Shown here: piece by piece, positions 7,920-18,602 of the stretch
How the letters are laid out: every line of letters begins with the position of its first letter
Position numbering within the stretch: the first letter of the stretch is position 1
Virus record (IMG/VR): IMGVR_UViG_3300034111_000335
Location: 32,001-96,000 of that record
Reading direction: 5' to 3' (one strand)
DNA length: 64,000 nt
Source: a virus
Translations under genes and position numbers: made by a program
The notes under the pieces: model-generated
What the model saw: the letters and a program-made list of their open reading frames with translations, nothing else
Databases searched by the model: none
What the model was told of the DNA's origin: nothing

Positions 7920-9931
7920 TGATACATCCTAATCTAGATAGTCCTGAGTTCCTAATCAACGTAAGGAATTTCCCTGATACTGATTCAGAGGAATATACTG
8001 CGTTTTGGGAAAACGAGGATAAGAAGATTACAGAAGGTGTTACTATTAATGGATTTTACTTTTCTCCTTTCATTTATTGGCATTTAAACTATTGGTCTAT
8101 TTATATAGACACTATAGTAGGTAAGCGTCAAGTTCGTAAACTAGATAAACCTCAACTTTGGGACACCTACCTAGCTGTAGATGAAACCATTCACAAGGCA
8201 GAGAATCACGAGGATGGAAAGAAAGGAGTTGTTATGGTAGGATCCAGACGTATCTCTAAATCTGTTTTGACTTCTTCTTATATGGCTCACAAAGCCATTA
8301 CACAGAAGGGTTCTGATAACTTGATATCTGCACTTAACCAACCTGACTTAAAAGTAATTACAGATTACGTAGACTTAGGTATTCGTAATCTTCCTGACTA
8401 CTTTAGATTTCCTCGTATTGAGGATGACTGGAAGAAGCAGGTTACTTTAGGTTTTAAAGATAAAAAGACCAACGCTCGTAATGAGTGGTCTAAATTCCAC
8501 GTACGTAACTTTGATGAAGGCAACAATACGGAAGCAGCTGCTGGTCTTACTCTGTCTTCTTTTCTTTTGGAAGAAGGAGGAAAGGGTAAGATTCTTAGTT
8601 GCTTAGCGGCAACTACTCCGTGTTTCGATAGTCCTTATGGATGGCGTTGTTCTCCTTTTGTTATCGGAACTTCGGGAGACATGAGTAAAGCTGCTGACCT
8701 AGAAGAATTATTTAATAACCCAGAAGCTTACAACTTCCTACCTGTAGAGGCAAACGAAACAGGTAAGAGTTATGGATTGTTTATTCCAGGAACTAAATCT
8801 CTAAAAGTTCCAAAGGAAGAAAAATCTTTAGGACTTTATCTAGGCAAAGAAGAGGCTTCTGAGTTAGACTTAATTAAGATTTGGGTAGCAGACGAAGAGA
8901 AAGGTAAAGAACTTATCTTAAAGTCTAGAGAACAGATTAAAAAGTCTAGTGGATTAGAGACTTACTTAAAAGAAGTAATGTACTATCCCCTCACGCATGA
9001 GGAGTGTTTCTTAGAGTTATCTCAGAACATTTTCCCAGTAGATTTACTTCAAGAACAACTACAGAAGTTAACTGCCCAAGAGATTGTAGCAGACAACGTA
9101 GAACTCTACATGTCAGCAGACGGAACAGTACGTCACAAGTTTACCGAGAAAAAGGCTGTTACGAACTTCCCTGTTAAACCAACAGATAATATTGAGGGTT
9201 GTGTACAGATTTGGGAATATCCTCTGTCAGAAGCCCCCTATGGACTTTATACAGCAGGAACGGATCCATACAAACAGTCACAGGCACACTACTCAACTTC
9301 TTTGGGGTCTACTTACATTTATAAGCGAGTACATAATCTTAACGGAGAAGGCTGGCAGAATATGGTAGTAGCTTGTTATACAGGTCGTCCTAAGAAGATT
9401 GAAACCTGGTACGAGACTACTAAGATGCTTCTTAAGTATTACAATGCTAAGACTCTTTGTGAGAACATGGACTATGGTTTTATTCAGCACTGTGTAGATA
9501 AGCAAGAGTCTCCTAGAGTTTTAGAGAAGACACCTAAGTTTCTTAACGACATCCACCCTAACTCTACAGTTAATCGTGACTATGGAATTCACATGACCAA
9601 GGATATTAAAAACTATTTAATGTCGCTTATCATTGAGTACATCACAGAAGTAGTAGATATAGAAAGAGATGCTGATGGTAACACTATAAAAGAACGTCTA
9701 GGAGTTACTAGAATCTTAGATCCTATTCTAATTAAGGAATTAATTAAGTTCACACCTAAGTTAAACGTTGACCGAGTTATTTCATTTGGTCTTACTTTAG
9801 CTATGGCTAAGTCTTTAAACACTCAAGTAATTATTTCTGATGCAAGTCAAGATACTAGAATGCAAGCATACTTTAGAGAGAAGAAAGGCTCATCTCTTTT
9901 TCGTACAACTTCATCACCTTTCCGCTATTAA
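7919..9931 (+). CDS. terL: Terminase large subunit
   Basis: Walker A-like GSRRISKS, Walker B FLLEEGG, coupling motif IGTSG, RNase H-like nuclease YTAGTDPY...VDRVISFG. Confidence 0.92.
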   Translation: MIHPNLDSPEFLINVRNFPDTDSEEYTAFWENEDKKITEGVTINGFYFSPFIYWHLNYWSIYIDTIVGKRQVRKLDKPQLWDTYLAVDETIHKAENHEDGKKGVVMVGSRRISKSVLTSSYMAHKAITQKGSDNLISALNQPDLKVITDYVDLGIRNLPDYFRFPRIEDDWKKQVTLGFKDKKTNARNEWSKFHVRNFDEGNNTEAAAGLTLSSFLLEEGGKGKILSCLAATTPCFDSPYGWRCSPFVIGTSGDMSKAADLEELFNNPEAYNFLPVEANETGKSYGLFIPGTKSLKVPKEEKSLGLYLGKEEASELDLIKIWVADEEKGKELILKSREQIKKSSGLETYLKEVMYYPLTHEECFLELSQNIFPVDLLQEQLQKLTAQEIVADNVELYMSADGTVRHKFTEKKAVTNFPVKPTDNIEGCVQIWEYPLSEAPYGLYTAGTDPYKQSQAHYSTSLGSTYIYKRVHNLNGEGWQNMVVACYTGRPKKIETWYETTKMLLKYYNAKTLCENMDYGFIQHCVDKQESPRVLEKTPKFLNDIHPNSTVNRDYGIHMTKDIKNYLMSLIIEYITEVVDIERDADGNTIKERLGVTRILDPILIKELIKFTPKLNVDRVISFGLTLAMAKSLNTQVIISDASQDTRMQAYFREKKGSSLFRTTSSPFRY

Positions 9932-9953
9932 CTAAAACTAAATAACAAATACA

Positions 9954-12407
9954 ATGATTATTGAATCTCTCAAAGAGTACACTGATCCAGTCAATCACGC
10001 CTACTTTTATCCTGAGCAGTTTGTAAGCTTATCGGATAAAGAAAAGGAGAGCTGGATTAAGTCTACTATGGACTACTTTGCAAATATTGCATTTGCACAG
10101 TACAAGCAGAATATCACCTTTAGAAAAAACTATAGGTTGCTTAACGGAGAATTTAACTTCTCTGACTACACAAACATCCCTGAGATGCAGGAACTAATCA
10201 GTTACTTAAATGATGTACCTGATCAAGAGCCTGAAGTACCTCAGCACTTAAAGCACTATCCTATTGTTAACCCTCCTATCAATCAGTTGAAGGGAGAGTT
10301 AATTAACCGTCCTCACAAGTACAAGGTTAAAGCAGTAGATGACGAAGCTGTAAACGAGACTATTGATTTCCGTACAGAGTTAATTAAAGAACATTTTGTA
10401 AAGAAGTTAGAAGCTCAGTTAGAAGGTCAGCCTATTGATCCCGAACAAGAAGCTCAGATGCAACAAGAACTACAGAACAAAATTTTGGATTATACTTCTG
10501 TTGCAGAAGAGTGGGGTAACAAAACTTTAAATGCTCTTAAGTACCACTTTAACTTTAGAGAGAAGTCTCAGCAAGCTTTCTTAGATTTCTTGGTAACAGG
10601 TAAAGAGTTTCACCACTTCTACCCAGATAATTCTCGCTTAGGATTTACCTATAAGACAGAGAACCCATCTAACGTATGGTACTTAGCTAATCGTAATGCT
10701 CAGTACACATCTGACTGTTGGGCTTTAGGTTTGATTGAAGTTCTTTCTATGAGTGAAATCGTAGAGAGATATAATCTTACAGGAGAAGAAGTAGAGCATT
10801 TGAAGAATCGTTCTTTACAGAACTTAAGAAACAACGAATACTCTCCCTTAGCTCCAGCTTTGCCAGATCCTAACGATCCTTTGTGGCAGTTAACCTTCGA
10901 GAACGTAGGTGACTTTGCTAACGGAGGTATTGATCATAACGTATTCTCATTTAACTCTCAGCACTCTTACACAGTTGTTACTTCTTACTGGCAGTCTAAG
11001 AAACGTATCTTCAAACGTACCTACTTAGATGAGGAAGGATTCCAACAAGAGATGTTTGTATCTGAAGATTACAAGATGGATAAAACCTTAGGTGATATTA
11101 CTCTTGAGGAACTTTGGATCAACGAATGGTGGAGAGGTATTAAGATTGGTGCAGACATCTACGTAAATGTAGAACCTTTAGAGTTTACTCAGAGTGCTCC
11201 TATTGTAGGTATTATTAATACCACTCGTAACACTCAAGGTAAGTCTTTGTTAGATCTTCTTAAACCCTATCAGGTTCTTTACAACATCTGTATGAATCAG
11301 TTGTGGGAATTGCTTGAGAAAGAGATCGGTGTTGTATTCTTGGGTGACTTGAAAGTAGTTCCTAAGAAAGACTCTCAGGATCCTATTGAGACAATGCTAT
11401 GGAATGCTAAGAACAGAGGAACTCTTTTGATTGATACCTCAATCGAAAATACAGGAGGAGCTGTACAGTTCAACCAATTCTCTCGTCTTGATCTTACTCG
11501 TTCACAAGAGATTCAAGCACGTATTCAATTAGCTCAACAACTTCGCTTAGAAGCTTATGAGTTAGTAGGTCTTACTCGTCAACGTCTAGGTAACTCTCAA
11601 GCATCAGATACAGCTACTGCTGCTAACAATGCTTTGATTCAATCCTTTGCTCAAACAGAAACTTGGTTTGCTTGGCATGATAACATCTTACAGAAAGTTT
11701 ATCAGACTATCTTGGATATGGCTCAGTACATCGAGTTACAGAAGCCTACTTCTACTTTAAACTACTTAAACTCTGAACTAGAGACTGTATTCTTACAGGT
11801 ATCTAAGAATGAATTACTTCATGAGTTGTTTGTATTTGTTTCTTCTTATGCAGAAGACAAAGTTACTCTTGAACAGTTAAAGCAGTTGGCTCAACCTGCT
11901 ATGCAGAATGGAGCAGAGCTTTCTGAGATGGTAGATTTGTTTACTGCTAATTCTGAAAGAAGCTTACGTAAGACTTTGTCTGATGTACAGAAACGTAAAG
12001 AGGCTATCCGTCAACAAGAACAAGCGCTTAAGCAACAGCAGTTGGAGCAACAACAAGCACAGTTTGAACAGAAGATGCAGATGGATGCAGCTCAGAAAGC
12101 AGAAGATGCTAGAAGAGATGACATGAATAAGCAGCTTGATCGTGAGAACAGACTGCAAGTAGTTCAACTCCAAGGTATTGCCAATGAAGGTTCTTACAAC
12201 CCAGATGTAGATACTACAGGTCTCTTAATTGAACAGACTAAAATAGCTCAAGACATTTCTAAACAAACCTTTGAAAAGGTAACTAAGAATAAAGAGTTAA
12301 GTCTTAAAGAAAAAGAGCTAGCACTCAAGGAGAAAGACATAGATACTAAGCTTAAAATAGCACAAACAAATAAAAACAAGTACGATTCAGGCTCAAAAAA
12401 GAAATAA
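9954..12407 (+). CDS. Portal protein (crAss-like)
   Basis: 817 aa after TerL. HYPIVNPPINQLKGE, WINEWWRG.KIG and SLLDLLKPYQVLYNI motifs; Q-rich coiled-coil C-terminus. Confidence 0.88.
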   Translation: MIIESLKEYTDPVNHAYFYPEQFVSLSDKEKESWIKSTMDYFANIAFAQYKQNITFRKNYRLLNGEFNFSDYTNIPEMQELISYLNDVPDQEPEVPQHLKHYPIVNPPINQLKGELINRPHKYKVKAVDDEAVNETIDFRTELIKEHFVKKLEAQLEGQPIDPEQEAQMQQELQNKILDYTSVAEEWGNKTLNALKYHFNFREKSQQAFLDFLVTGKEFHHFYPDNSRLGFTYKTENPSNVWYLANRNAQYTSDCWALGLIEVLSMSEIVERYNLTGEEVEHLKNRSLQNLRNNEYSPLAPALPDPNDPLWQLTFENVGDFANGGIDHNVFSFNSQHSYTVVTSYWQSKKRIFKRTYLDEEGFQQEMFVSEDYKMDKTLGDITLEELWINEWWRGIKIGADIYVNVEPLEFTQSAPIVGIINTTRNTQGKSLLDLLKPYQVLYNICMNQLWELLEKEIGVVFLGDLKVVPKKDSQDPIETMLWNAKNRGTLLIDTSIENTGGAVQFNQFSRLDLTRSQEIQARIQLAQQLRLEAYELVGLTRQRLGNSQASDTATAANNALIQSFAQTETWFAWHDNILQKVYQTILDMAQYIELQKPTSTLNYLNSELETVFLQVSKNELLHELFVFVSSYAEDKVTLEQLKQLAQPAMQNGAELSEMVDLFTANSERSLRKTLSDVQKRKEAIRQQEQALKQQQLEQQQAQFEQKMQMDAAQKAEDARRDDMNKQLDRENRLQVVQLQGIANEGSYNPDVDTTGLLIEQTKIAQDISKQTFEKVTKNKELSLKEKELALKEKDIDTKLKIAQTNKNKYDSGSKKK

Positions 12408-12442
12408 GAGATACAAATAAGTAATAGATTATAGCACTAAAG

Positions 12443-12476
12443 TAGGGGGTTTTTGAGCCTAAAAATCCCCTATTTT
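12443..12476 (+). terminator. Stem-loop / intrinsic terminator after portal
   Basis: tagggggttttt-gagcct-aaaaatccccta followed by tttt. Confidence 0.6.
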
Positions 12477-12513
12477 AACTTATTGTGCATATCGTAACCT
12501 AATTTATTAATCT

Positions 12514-12544
12514 CTTGTGTTAATTTTTTAAAATATTACTTTTG
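12514..12544 (+). promoter_or_regulatory. Promoter CTTG-N19-TACTTTTG for the capsid operon
   Basis: TTG 12515-17 and TACTTTTG 12537-44. Confidence 0.75.
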
Positions 12545-12564
12545 AATTAAACCAAACTAACCTT

Positions 12565-13689
12565 ATGACAACCAATAGTCCATTAGAGAATTTAGAGTTC
12601 TTTGACAGTTTTTCCGTAGATGATCCACTAGATTTAGATACCACTACAGAAGATCCTAATGCCCACATTAAACCAGATATTTTAGGAGGAGAAGACTTTG
12701 ATCCCCTAGAAGAAGATGAAAATCCTGAACCTATAAATCCTCCTAAAGCTCCAGCACCTGTTGAAGAAGAAGAGGAAGAAGAGGAAGAAGTAGATTTAGA
12801 AGGAGATGAAGACGAAGAAGATAATTACTTTGAAGTCTTTGGTAAGGGTCTTGCTAAAGCAGGAATGCTTAACGTAGAAGAAGGAGAAGAAATAGAGTGG
12901 AATGAGCAAACATTCTTAGCTAAGATGAACGAGACTATCGAAGATAGAGCTTGGAATCAATTAGAAGAACTTGCTACTGAAACTTACGGAGAAGCAGGAG
13001 TACAGATGATTGAAGATATCTTCATCAATAAAGTGCCTGTGCAAGAATACTTACAGATGTTCTCAAACGAACAAGTAGTCGAGAATGTAGACTTATCTGT
13101 AGAAGGAAACCAAGAAAGAGTTTTCCGTTTGTATTTAGCTAAGACAGGAATGGATGAAGATGAAATCGAAGATCAACTGAACTACGCTAGAGATAATGAT
13201 CGCTTAGAAGCATACTCTCAAAAGTATCAAGTTAAATTGGTAGAGAAGATGCAACAGGAAAGAGCAGTACTTGCACAACAAAGTGAAGCTCGTGTACAAG
13301 CGATTAAACAGAAAGAAGAAGAAAGAGAACAACTCTACGCTGATGTATTAGATGGAGCAATTGCTTCAGGTGCTATTGAAGGGTATCCTATCAACGAGCA
13401 ATCAGCTACAGAGTTATTTGACTTCGTTCTTTCGAGACCACACGTTCTTCCAAACGGTCAGCGTATCAGTGAGTTTGAATACAAACTTGCTAAGATGCGT
13501 CAAGAGGATCCTTCTAAGTTTTTAGCTGTAGCTAGATTAGTTCAAAATGATTTAGATCTAACTCCTGTAAAAAGAAAAGCTGTAACTGATGAGACCAATT
13601 CTCTATTCAATGATTTAAAGACCAAGAGTAAAAAGTCTGGTAAGACCTCAAAATCTAACGATGACTTATTTTCACGGTACTTCAAATAA
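12565..13689 (+). CDS. Acidic protein between portal and MCP (scaffold-like)
   Basis: Very D/E-rich N-terminus and coiled coil, in the position conserved in crAss-like phages. Confidence 0.65.
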   Translation: MTTNSPLENLEFFDSFSVDDPLDLDTTTEDPNAHIKPDILGGEDFDPLEEDENPEPINPPKAPAPVEEEEEEEEEVDLEGDEDEEDNYFEVFGKGLAKAGMLNVEEGEEIEWNEQTFLAKMNETIEDRAWNQLEELATETYGEAGVQMIEDIFINKVPVQEYLQMFSNEQVVENVDLSVEGNQERVFRLYLAKTGMDEDEIEDQLNYARDNDRLEAYSQKYQVKLVEKMQQERAVLAQQSEARVQAIKQKEEEREQLYADVLDGAIASGAIEGYPINEQSATELFDFVLSRPHVLPNGQRISEFEYKLAKMRQEDPSKFLAVARLVQNDLDLTPVKRKAVTDETNSLFNDLKTKSKKSGKTSKSNDDLFSRYFK

Positions 13690-13720
13690 AACATAAAAAC
13701 AAAAATAATAAATTACTACT

Positions 13721-15244
13721 ATGCCTAATCAAAGTATTCCAAGGGTTAACGGGAGAGTTATAGCTAACGCTCACATGACCAGCTCATTCTATTCTAAAAA
13801 TGGTTTGGGTAAATTGACAGACAAGAACTTCGTTGAAACCATGCTGCGCACTAAGCCTGATCAGTATGACAAAATGATGATTCGCCTTTTCACCGACACT
13901 AAATTGTACAAGAACGACTTGTTGGATTTGGTAATGAAGACTGGTAAGCCTTTTATGGTTAACGATCCTAACGGAGTTTTCACCTACAAAATCAAGAAGC
14001 GTGCTGAGTTACCTAAGATCATTGTATCTACTGCTGCTACCTACCCAGGTCGTGATGGTTCTACTTTCGAATTGGTATTTGACAAGAACGTGTTTGTTGT
14101 TAACGACATTATCACCGGCCACCGCTATGAGCAAGAAACTCAAATTCAAATCGTTTCTGAAGGTGAAAAACACCAGAACGGTTTCAAGTACAAGTGTACT
14201 GCAGTAGGTGCTTCTTCTAGCGACTACGTAGCTGCTACTTTCTTGGCTGTAGGTGTTGAGTACTTCAAGATCGGTAACGTATTGGGTGAGTACACCACTT
14301 CATTCTCTAGCTTGGGATTGTTCGATGGTAACTTAGAAGTTATGGCTGATGTATTGCAACAGTATGGTGTTGAACACACTATCACTGACTGGGCTGATGC
14401 AACCAAATTGGGTATGCAGACAGACGCTTCAGGCAATCCTATGGACATCACTTACTACTCTGTAAGCGATCCTATGGCTGAAGGTGAGAAAACCAAAATC
14501 GTTGGTTGGGAGCCTACAGTATCTCGTTTGCTCCGTATGGAGATGATGCGCATGAAAGCTAACACTTTGATGTGGGGTCGTCAAGGTAACGGTAAAGATG
14601 AAAAAGGTCGTCCTACTCGTGCTAAGCAAGGCTTATGGCAGCAATTGCACTTGGGTAACGTTATCTACTACGATCGTGGTCAGTTCTCTTTGAACTTGAT
14701 TCGTACTGCTATCGGTGACTTGTTCTACAACCGTGTGTTGTTGAAAGACCGTAGCGTGAAGATCTACACCAACCGTTCTGGTATGGAGTTGGCTTCTACT
14801 GCTATCCGCAAAGACTTCAACGGTCAGAACTTCATGGTATCTGCTGATAAGTTCTTGGATGGTAAAGATCGTACTAAGCAAGGTTATGCTTTCCAATTCG
14901 ATCACTTTATGACTACTGAGACTGGTCCAGTTGAATTCGTAGAATTAGAGCAATTGAATGAGCATGCTACTTTCTTGGAGTTGGGTCCTAACAAGAAGAC
15001 TCCTCCAATCTTCATCATCTTGGATGTAAGTGGTCAAGATGACGCAGGTATCCGTGAGGTAAAATTGTCTACTCGTCCTAACATGTACTATCAGTACATT
15101 GCAGGTTCAGTAGGATTCGGTGCTCAACAGACATCAATCGCTAGCAAAGATCCTTATTCTACCTACATCATGAAAGACTTCGCAGGTATCTTCTTGGAAG
15201 ATCCTACCAAGACTGTGATCATTAAAGAATTCCCTCGCATCTAA
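13721..15244 (+). CDS. Major capsid protein
   Basis: 507 aa in the crAss-like MCP position. NTLMWG...GLWQQL motif. Codon bias suggests high expression, and a strong hairpin follows. Confidence 0.85.
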   Translation: MPNQSIPRVNGRVIANAHMTSSFYSKNGLGKLTDKNFVETMLRTKPDQYDKMMIRLFTDTKLYKNDLLDLVMKTGKPFMVNDPNGVFTYKIKKRAELPKIIVSTAATYPGRDGSTFELVFDKNVFVVNDIITGHRYEQETQIQIVSEGEKHQNGFKYKCTAVGASSSDYVAATFLAVGVEYFKIGNVLGEYTTSFSSLGLFDGNLEVMADVLQQYGVEHTITDWADATKLGMQTDASGNPMDITYYSVSDPMAEGEKTKIVGWEPTVSRLLRMEMMRMKANTLMWGRQGNGKDEKGRPTRAKQGLWQQLHLGNVIYYDRGQFSLNLIRTAIGDLFYNRVLLKDRSVKIYTNRSGMELASTAIRKDFNGQNFMVSADKFLDGKDRTKQGYAFQFDHFMTTETGPVEFVELEQLNEHATFLELGPNKKTPPIFIILDVSGQDDAGIREVKLSTRPNMYYQYIAGSVGFGAQQTSIASKDPYSTYIMKDFAGIFLEDPTKTVIIKEFPRI

Positions 15245-15259
15245 TTGCGAATCTATGAC

Positions 15260-15283
15260 GGAGGGGGTTTAATAGCCCCCTCC
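15260..15283 (+). terminator. GC-rich hairpin after MCP (weak terminator or mRNA stabiliser)
   Basis: ggagggggt-ttaata-gccccctcc with no U-tract. Confidence 0.6.
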
Positions 15284-15325
15284 TAAATAGATAAAGTTAG
15301 AACCAAAAATTAAACCAAACCAAAA

Positions 15326-16264
15326 ATGAGTAAAGAAATAGCACAGGGAGTGCGAATTATTCGTCCCTACAAAAGACAACCTTCTAGCATGCGCACATTA
15401 GAAGGATCATTGTACCAGAATGGATATAACTTCATTCCAGGAACAGTAAGAAAGTTTTTCCCACGAGTTGATTCACGTGGAGTAATTAGAACAGGATTAG
15501 ATGAGAACTCTCCGAAGTTCCGTGGAATCTTGGACACAAAAGCTAGAGAGCAAGAGATGCAGAGAGTTAAGCAACTTAGAGAATACTATGAGTCGCTTCT
15601 TGATGAATCATTACTGCCTGCTAGTACGTTCTATGACGAAATTAAAGAAAACGGATATACCCTAGAAGACGGAGACAACGTCTTCAATATGGAGAATCCT
15701 AGAGAAGCAATTAACTTTTATTGGTTAATGGAAACCGAAATGGTTGCTCACTCTATGGATGATATAGAAAGTGGTAAGATAGATACAGCTATTGTAAAGT
15801 TCTACGTTTACAATGGTGATGTAGAAACTAAGACTACTTTTGAACGTAAGAAGCGCATTAACAGTGCAATTGCATCTTTAGATAAGATGACTGCAACTAA
15901 GCGTAAGAAGGTTCAAAAGCTTATTGGCTTAGGATTACCGATGGATGCTACAGAAGAAGAAGTTTACAATGCAGTAGATGAGTTCTTACGTACACCAGCA
16001 TCAGCTCTTGATCGAGATCCTATTGATCAGTTTAACAAGATTATGTCATACAGTGACGACTTGTTAGATGTGAAGGCTCTTGTAAAAGATCTAGTAGATA
16101 AAAACATCATTAGAATTAAAGGTTCTATTGTATACGAAGGAGAGCATGTATGGGCTAAGTCAATCGAAGAGTTTGAATTGTTCCTTGCAGATCCTAAGAA
16201 TACAGAAGAGTATACATCCTTTAAGGATAAGTTGAAAAACAAAGCACGAATTGACGCTCTATAA
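15326..16264 (+). CDS. Conserved crAss-like protein downstream of MCP
   Basis: 312-aa ORF; identified by synteny. Confidence 0.6.
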   Translation: MSKEIAQGVRIIRPYKRQPSSMRTLEGSLYQNGYNFIPGTVRKFFPRVDSRGVIRTGLDENSPKFRGILDTKAREQEMQRVKQLREYYESLLDESLLPASTFYDEIKENGYTLEDGDNVFNMENPREAINFYWLMETEMVAHSMDDIESGKIDTAIVKFYVYNGDVETKTTFERKKRINSAIASLDKMTATKRKKVQKLIGLGLPMDATEEEVYNAVDEFLRTPASALDRDPIDQFNKIMSYSDDLLDVKALVKDLVDKNIIRIKGSIVYEGEHVWAKSIEEFELFLADPKNTEEYTSFKDKLKNKARIDAL

Positions 16265-16280
16265 AAACTAAATATATAAC

Positions 16281-16997
16281 ATGATCCCTGTTGAGGAACT
16301 CATCTATGAGTTTAAACTAACTTTAAATAAAATCAATCGTCAGGATAATATAGATATCCCGATTGAAGATATTATAGTTTACCTCAACAAGGCTCAGGTT
16401 AGTTGGATTAAAACTAAACTTAATCCTAACAATATTTATAAAGTAGGCTACGATTCTATCAGAAAGCGTATTGATGATCTCCAGATATTGAAGACCAGCA
16501 ATGTGCCTCTGAATCCCGTAAAAACAAATGATCTTTTTCACGTTGGCTATGATTGTCCTCTGAAAGACGCAGCAAACTATATGTTCTATATTTCGTCTTA
16601 CGCAATAGCAAAGAATGGAACCTGTTCTGAGCCCATTACTATAGACTTAGTTAGACATGGAGAACTTACTACTAAGTACCTTGACAACAATTACAGCCCT
16701 TCGTTTGAGTGGAGAACAACTTTAGCCACACTGGGGAATGATAACTTGACAGTCTACACTGATAGTAAGTTTAAGATCGAAAAAGTGTTTGTAACATACT
16801 TACGTTATCCCTTAGATATAGATGTAGAGGGCTACGTTAAGTTTGATGGAACAAACTCTAAGAATCAAAACTCAGAACTCCCTGAGTATGCTCAGTCAGA
16901 CTTAGTCGACTTAGCTGTTAAGTTCGCTGCTCAATCAACTGATAATCAAGCACAAGCTGTGTTTGCTGAAGATCGTTTAAACAAAAACTCTGAATAA
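16281..16997 (+). CDS. Head-tail adaptor / tail ring protein
   Basis: YLNKAQ, VTYLRYP and ELPE...LVDLAV motifs typical of podophage ring proteins. Confidence 0.65.
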   Translation: MIPVEELIYEFKLTLNKINRQDNIDIPIEDIIVYLNKAQVSWIKTKLNPNNIYKVGYDSIRKRIDDLQILKTSNVPLNPVKTNDLFHVGYDCPLKDAANYMFYISSYAIAKNGTCSEPITIDLVRHGELTTKYLDNNYSPSFEWRTTLATLGNDNLTVYTDSKFKIEKVFVTYLRYPLDIDVEGYVKFDGTNSKNQNSELPEYAQSDLVDLAVKFAAQSTDNQAQAVFAEDRLNKNSE

Positions 16998-17008
16998 TAT
17001 ATAAAACT

Positions 17009-18193
17009 ATGAATCACAAGATCACACAAATCTTCGTACCTAGCGCTATCTCTAACGCTACTAGTACTTTTGCAATGGCTGCAAAATCACTTGCTGCCTT
17101 TGATGCTGATGGTAACACTAACTTAGGTGCTACCCCTTCTACTCCTGATGCTTTCAAATTGGTTTTTGGAACTGGTACTAACAATAAATATGGTACTTTC
17201 AAAACTGGTGTTATCAAGCAAAAGAACATTTTGTCTGTAACCAAGACTAGTCCTGATTTGAGCGTAACTCAACAGGTTTCTTACTTAGGTTGGGACGAAG
17301 CTTCTGCTGCTACTCCTGTTTTCAAATGTGACGAAGAATACGTTGTTACTTTGAAAATTGACGAGTACTGGAGCAAAGGCATTTACCAGCCAATGATTCA
17401 AGAGTCTGTAGTTGTTAAAACTGCATGCTGCTCTGAATGTGGTGGTGACTGCGATGCTTTGTCTGCTTCTACCTACATGACTGCTATCGTTACTAAGATC
17501 AATGCTTCTCCTTTGTTGAGCAAGTATGTTGTTGCTTCTTTGGTATCTAGCGGATCTAACTACGGTGTTAAATTGGTAGGTAAGGCTTTGGATGAATTCG
17601 GTAACGCTTGTGTTCCTGATGCAGTTCCTTACGTATTCAACTTGGTACGTTTCAAAGCTCACGTTCATGAAGGTCCTTACAACACTCAAGATTTCGATAT
17701 CGAAAATTCTTGTGCTGCTTGGACTATCACCTATGCAACTCCTGTTAAATACCCTATCGGTGTTAAGGCTGCTATGGCTGAAATGGAGCGTCACTACTTC
17801 ACTAACAACTTGCCTGCTGTTGCTGAAGCTCGCTACTACTGGAATCCTATCTACAACGAAGATGTAAATGGTTTCTTCTACGTACCTACATACACTGCTG
17901 CTTCTGGTTTCACTATGTATGAAATCACTTACTTAGAAGATTCTGCAGTAGGTTTCGAAAAGAAAACCCAGAACACTCACTCTGTAATCATCTTGGTTGA
18001 GACTGGTAGTGCAAATGCTGCTGCTATTGAAATTTTCATCAATAACTTGTTCAGCAACCAAACTACTGTGAACTCTTACACTACTACTGAGCGTGATGCC
18101 TTAACTGGTGTAGCTGTAGGTACTGTTATCTACAACACTACCACACAGGTATTCAACGTTTGGGATGGTTCTGCTTGGGACGTTACTGTCTAA
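17009..18193 (+). CDS. Abundant virion structural protein (auxiliary capsid-like) with C-terminal fibre-type module
   Basis: MCP-like codon bias, own terminator, C-terminal SYTTTERDALTG...GTVIYNTTT...WDGSAW module. Confidence 0.6.
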   Translation: MNHKITQIFVPSAISNATSTFAMAAKSLAAFDADGNTNLGATPSTPDAFKLVFGTGTNNKYGTFKTGVIKQKNILSVTKTSPDLSVTQQVSYLGWDEASAATPVFKCDEEYVVTLKIDEYWSKGIYQPMIQESVVVKTACCSECGGDCDALSASTYMTAIVTKINASPLLSKYVVASLVSSGSNYGVKLVGKALDEFGNACVPDAVPYVFNLVRFKAHVHEGPYNTQDFDIENSCAAWTITYATPVKYPIGVKAAMAEMERHYFTNNLPAVAEARYYWNPIYNEDVNGFFYVPTYTAASGFTMYEITYLEDSAVGFEKKTQNTHSVIILVETGSANAAAIEIFINNLFSNQTTVNSYTTTERDALTGVAVGTVIYNTTTQVFNVWDGSAWDVTV

Positions 18194-18207
18194 CTAATTT
18201 AGAATAT

Positions 18208-18235
18208 AGTAGGGGATTAACCTCCCCTACTTTTT
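18208..18235 (+). terminator. Intrinsic terminator
   Basis: agtagggga-ttaacc-tcccctact followed by tttt. Confidence 0.8.
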
Positions 18236-18258
18236 CTTACCTATTAACTTAAAACAAA

Positions 18259-18555
18259 ATGAAAGATATTAATCTCAAACCTGGAACATTTAGTGAAACC
18301 TTGGAAAATGCTTCTGGCAAAGGTCCTGGGAAATCACTTGTAAAATTTATCTTGGGAGTTTTATCTAGCAACTCAACTTGCTGCGATAAGACTTTTGCTT
18401 ATGGTAAAGTTAACAACTCTACTATTACTCTTCTTTCTTACAGTACCACAGAATTAGGTGCTTTGACTGGAATGACTGAAGGAACTTTAGCTTACGATAC
18501 TACCTTGAACAAAGTTCATGTGTATAACGGATCTGCTTGGGTAGCTCTCCACTAA
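18259..18555 (+). CDS. Small structural (head fibre-like) protein
   Basis: C-terminal SYSTTELGALTG...GTLAYDTT...YNGSAW is paralogous to the end of 17009..18193. Confidence 0.6.
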   Translation: MKDINLKPGTFSETLENASGKGPGKSLVKFILGVLSSNSTCCDKTFAYGKVNNSTITLLSYSTTELGALTGMTEGTLAYDTTLNKVHVYNGSAWVALH

Positions 18556-18568
18556 TCTCTAAATAAAT

Positions 18569-18594
18569 GGGGGAGATAACACTCCCCCTTTTTT
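18569..18594 (+). terminator. Intrinsic terminator
   Basis: gggggag-ataaca-ctccccc followed by tttttt. Confidence 0.8.
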
Positions 18595-18602
18595 AAAAAA
18601 CT

